In this document: piece by piece, positions 62,787-64,000 of the stretch
Layout of the letters: every line of letters begins with the position of its first letter
How positions within the stretch are numbered: the stretch's first letter is position 1
NCBI GenBank assembly: GCA_027593175.1
Contig: JAQCJI010000004.1
Span: 2,175 to 66,174, forward strand
Direction: 5' to 3'
From: Bacteroidota bacterium
GTDB lineage: Bacteria; Bacteroidota; Bacteroidia; Cytophagales; Cyclobacteriaceae
Length of the DNA: 64,000 nucleotides
Notes under the pieces: model-generated
Database searches by the model: none
Told to the model about the DNA's origin: nothing
The model's input: the letters and a program-made list of their open reading frames with translations, nothing else
Made by a program: the position numbers and the translations under genes

Positions 62787-64000
62787 GAGGCGGTGGTTTT
62801 GCTAAGTACTTCTTTAAACAAATCCACCAGTTGAGCATTGGGTTCTTGCCCTTTTTCACTGGTGTAAAAAAGCCGAAATAAGCTTTCCATATCCCTACTC
62901 AAATCTTCAGCCCGTAGTTCATCCTGGGCCTGTCCAGGTGTATGCCGTAGTTGCGGGATCAGGTTGACGATTCCATCGTGTGCTTTCAAGATGGCTTTTC
63001 GCGTGTTGGCATCGATGGACTCATCTGTCAGAAAGGTGATTTCTACGAAACAGAAGGGATTAGATTCGAGCCAGATTAAGGTATCGGGAAGGTTGTCAAA
63101 TGTCACCTTGTGTAATGGTCTCCCTTCTTTCAATGCGATTGGCCGGTACTGCACTGCCTCATTTGGCGTAGCCTGGACCAGCACTACATTTTTTTCTTGA
63201 TCTGCTTCAGAGAAGGAGTAGGCCAGAGGGGAGCTGGAGTAGACTACGGGGCCAGGGGACTTGCTTACCGTCTGGTAGCGATGCAGGTGCCCCAAGGCAG
63301 CATACTGAATTGTACTGGGTAGCTGTTGGGTAAATAAGGATTGTGTGCCTCCAACATGGAGAATGGGTCGCTCTGATTCTGGCTCTGCATCTGGGGGGAT
63401 CGTACTCCCTTCCTCCACAAAAAAGAAGTGACCCATAAACAGGTTGACTCCTTTTTCATCGCAATAGCGATCCGCAAGTTTCTGCCAATTCTGTGCAAGT
63501 AATTCCCGAAAAGCATCTTCTCGATTTTCTTCACCTAGGTAGGTGCGGAGGCTCACTTCGTTTGCATAAGGAGCGAGCAGGATACGAACTGGAAAATCAA
63601 AATTGGGAAGCTTGAGTTCCACAAATCCTGAATCCGATCGAGTGATTTCCAAGCCACTATCCAAGGTGCCGCAGGGGATAATACTATCGTAACGGCTGTA
63701 AAAAAGAATGCCCAATTCTCGTGCTAATGGATCGGGTGCTTCTACAAACTGGCTGCTATCGTGATTGCCTGAAATAGCCACTACAGGCCGCATTCCATTT
63801 TTGGAAAGTCTTCGGAGTGTTTTATACAGGAGTTCCACCGCCTCATGGCTAGGGTTGAAGGTGTCAAAAATATCTCCTGCCAAAAGCACTAGGTCTACCT
63901 CCTCTTGGTCTGCAATCTGGCAGATTTCCTCCAAAACTAATTTCTGTTCGGCAATGCGGGAGTACTCTTGGAGCCGTTTGCCTAGGTGCCAATCCGCAGT
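62783..64000 (-). CDS. sbcD: Exonuclease SbcCD subunit D (5' partial)
   Basis: Frame open to the window edge (TADWHLGKR); AGDIFD, GNHD, ALGHLH, SPLAYSFSE. Confidence 0.95.
   Translation of the reverse strand, partial: TADWHLGKRLQEYSRIAEQKLVLEEICQIADQEEVDLVLLAGDIFDTFNPSHEAVELLYKTLRRLSKNGMRPVVAISGNHDSSQFVEAPDPLARELGILFYSRYDSIIPCGTLDSGLEITRSDSGFVELKLPNFDFPVRILLAPYANEVSLRTYLGEENREDAFRELLAQNWQKLADRYCDEKGVNLFMGHFFFVEEGSTIPPDAEPESERPILHVGGTQSLFTQQLPSTIQYAALGHLHRYQTVSKSPGPVVYSSSPLAYSFSEADQEKNVVLVQATPNEAVQYRPIALKEGRPLHKVTFDNLPDTLIWLESNPFCFVEITFLTDESIDANTRKAILKAHDGIVNLIPQLRHTPGQAQDELRAEDLSRDMESLFRLFYTSEKGQEPNAQLVDLFKEVLSKTTAS

Noticed and set aside
59751-64000. SMC-like ATPase plus nuclease as a defence system (Wadjet/Lamassu-like)
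   Set aside because: The zinc hook and Mre11-type phosphoesterase motifs fit ordinary SbcCD, and no extra partner genes are visible in the window.

Overview
Core-chromosome window from a Bacteroidota genome. Gene order and protein sequences suggest Cytophagales/Cyclobacteriaceae (Algoriphagus-like); this is inference. Bases ~1.2-32.8 kb hold the translation/transcription supercluster: tRNA-Tyr/Gly/Thr, tuf, tRNA-Trp, secE-nusG-rplKAJL, rpoBC, DUF3467, the str, S10, spc and alpha operons, and rplQ with an acidic tandem-repeat tail. Next come carA-eno-ftsB, a decayed Tat-exported sugar-phosphate isomerase gene interrupted by an AT-rich small membrane ORF, and a SusD-less four-gene TonB-dependent receptor module. 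These are followed by a large DUF3352-like protein, mdh, a stand-alone cNMP-binding protein, tilS, an envelope cluster (OstA-like, T9SS-CTD protein, bamD, rpoZ, DUF4835), recN, fabI, two hydrolases and sbcCD. The most striking observation is a heavily decayed coaBC pseudogene (lost start, in-frame stop, frameshifts, large internal deletion) at its usual position after rpoZ. No CRISPR array, rRNA, intact mobile element or defence system was seen. All family assignments come from motif recognition and synteny, not database searches.
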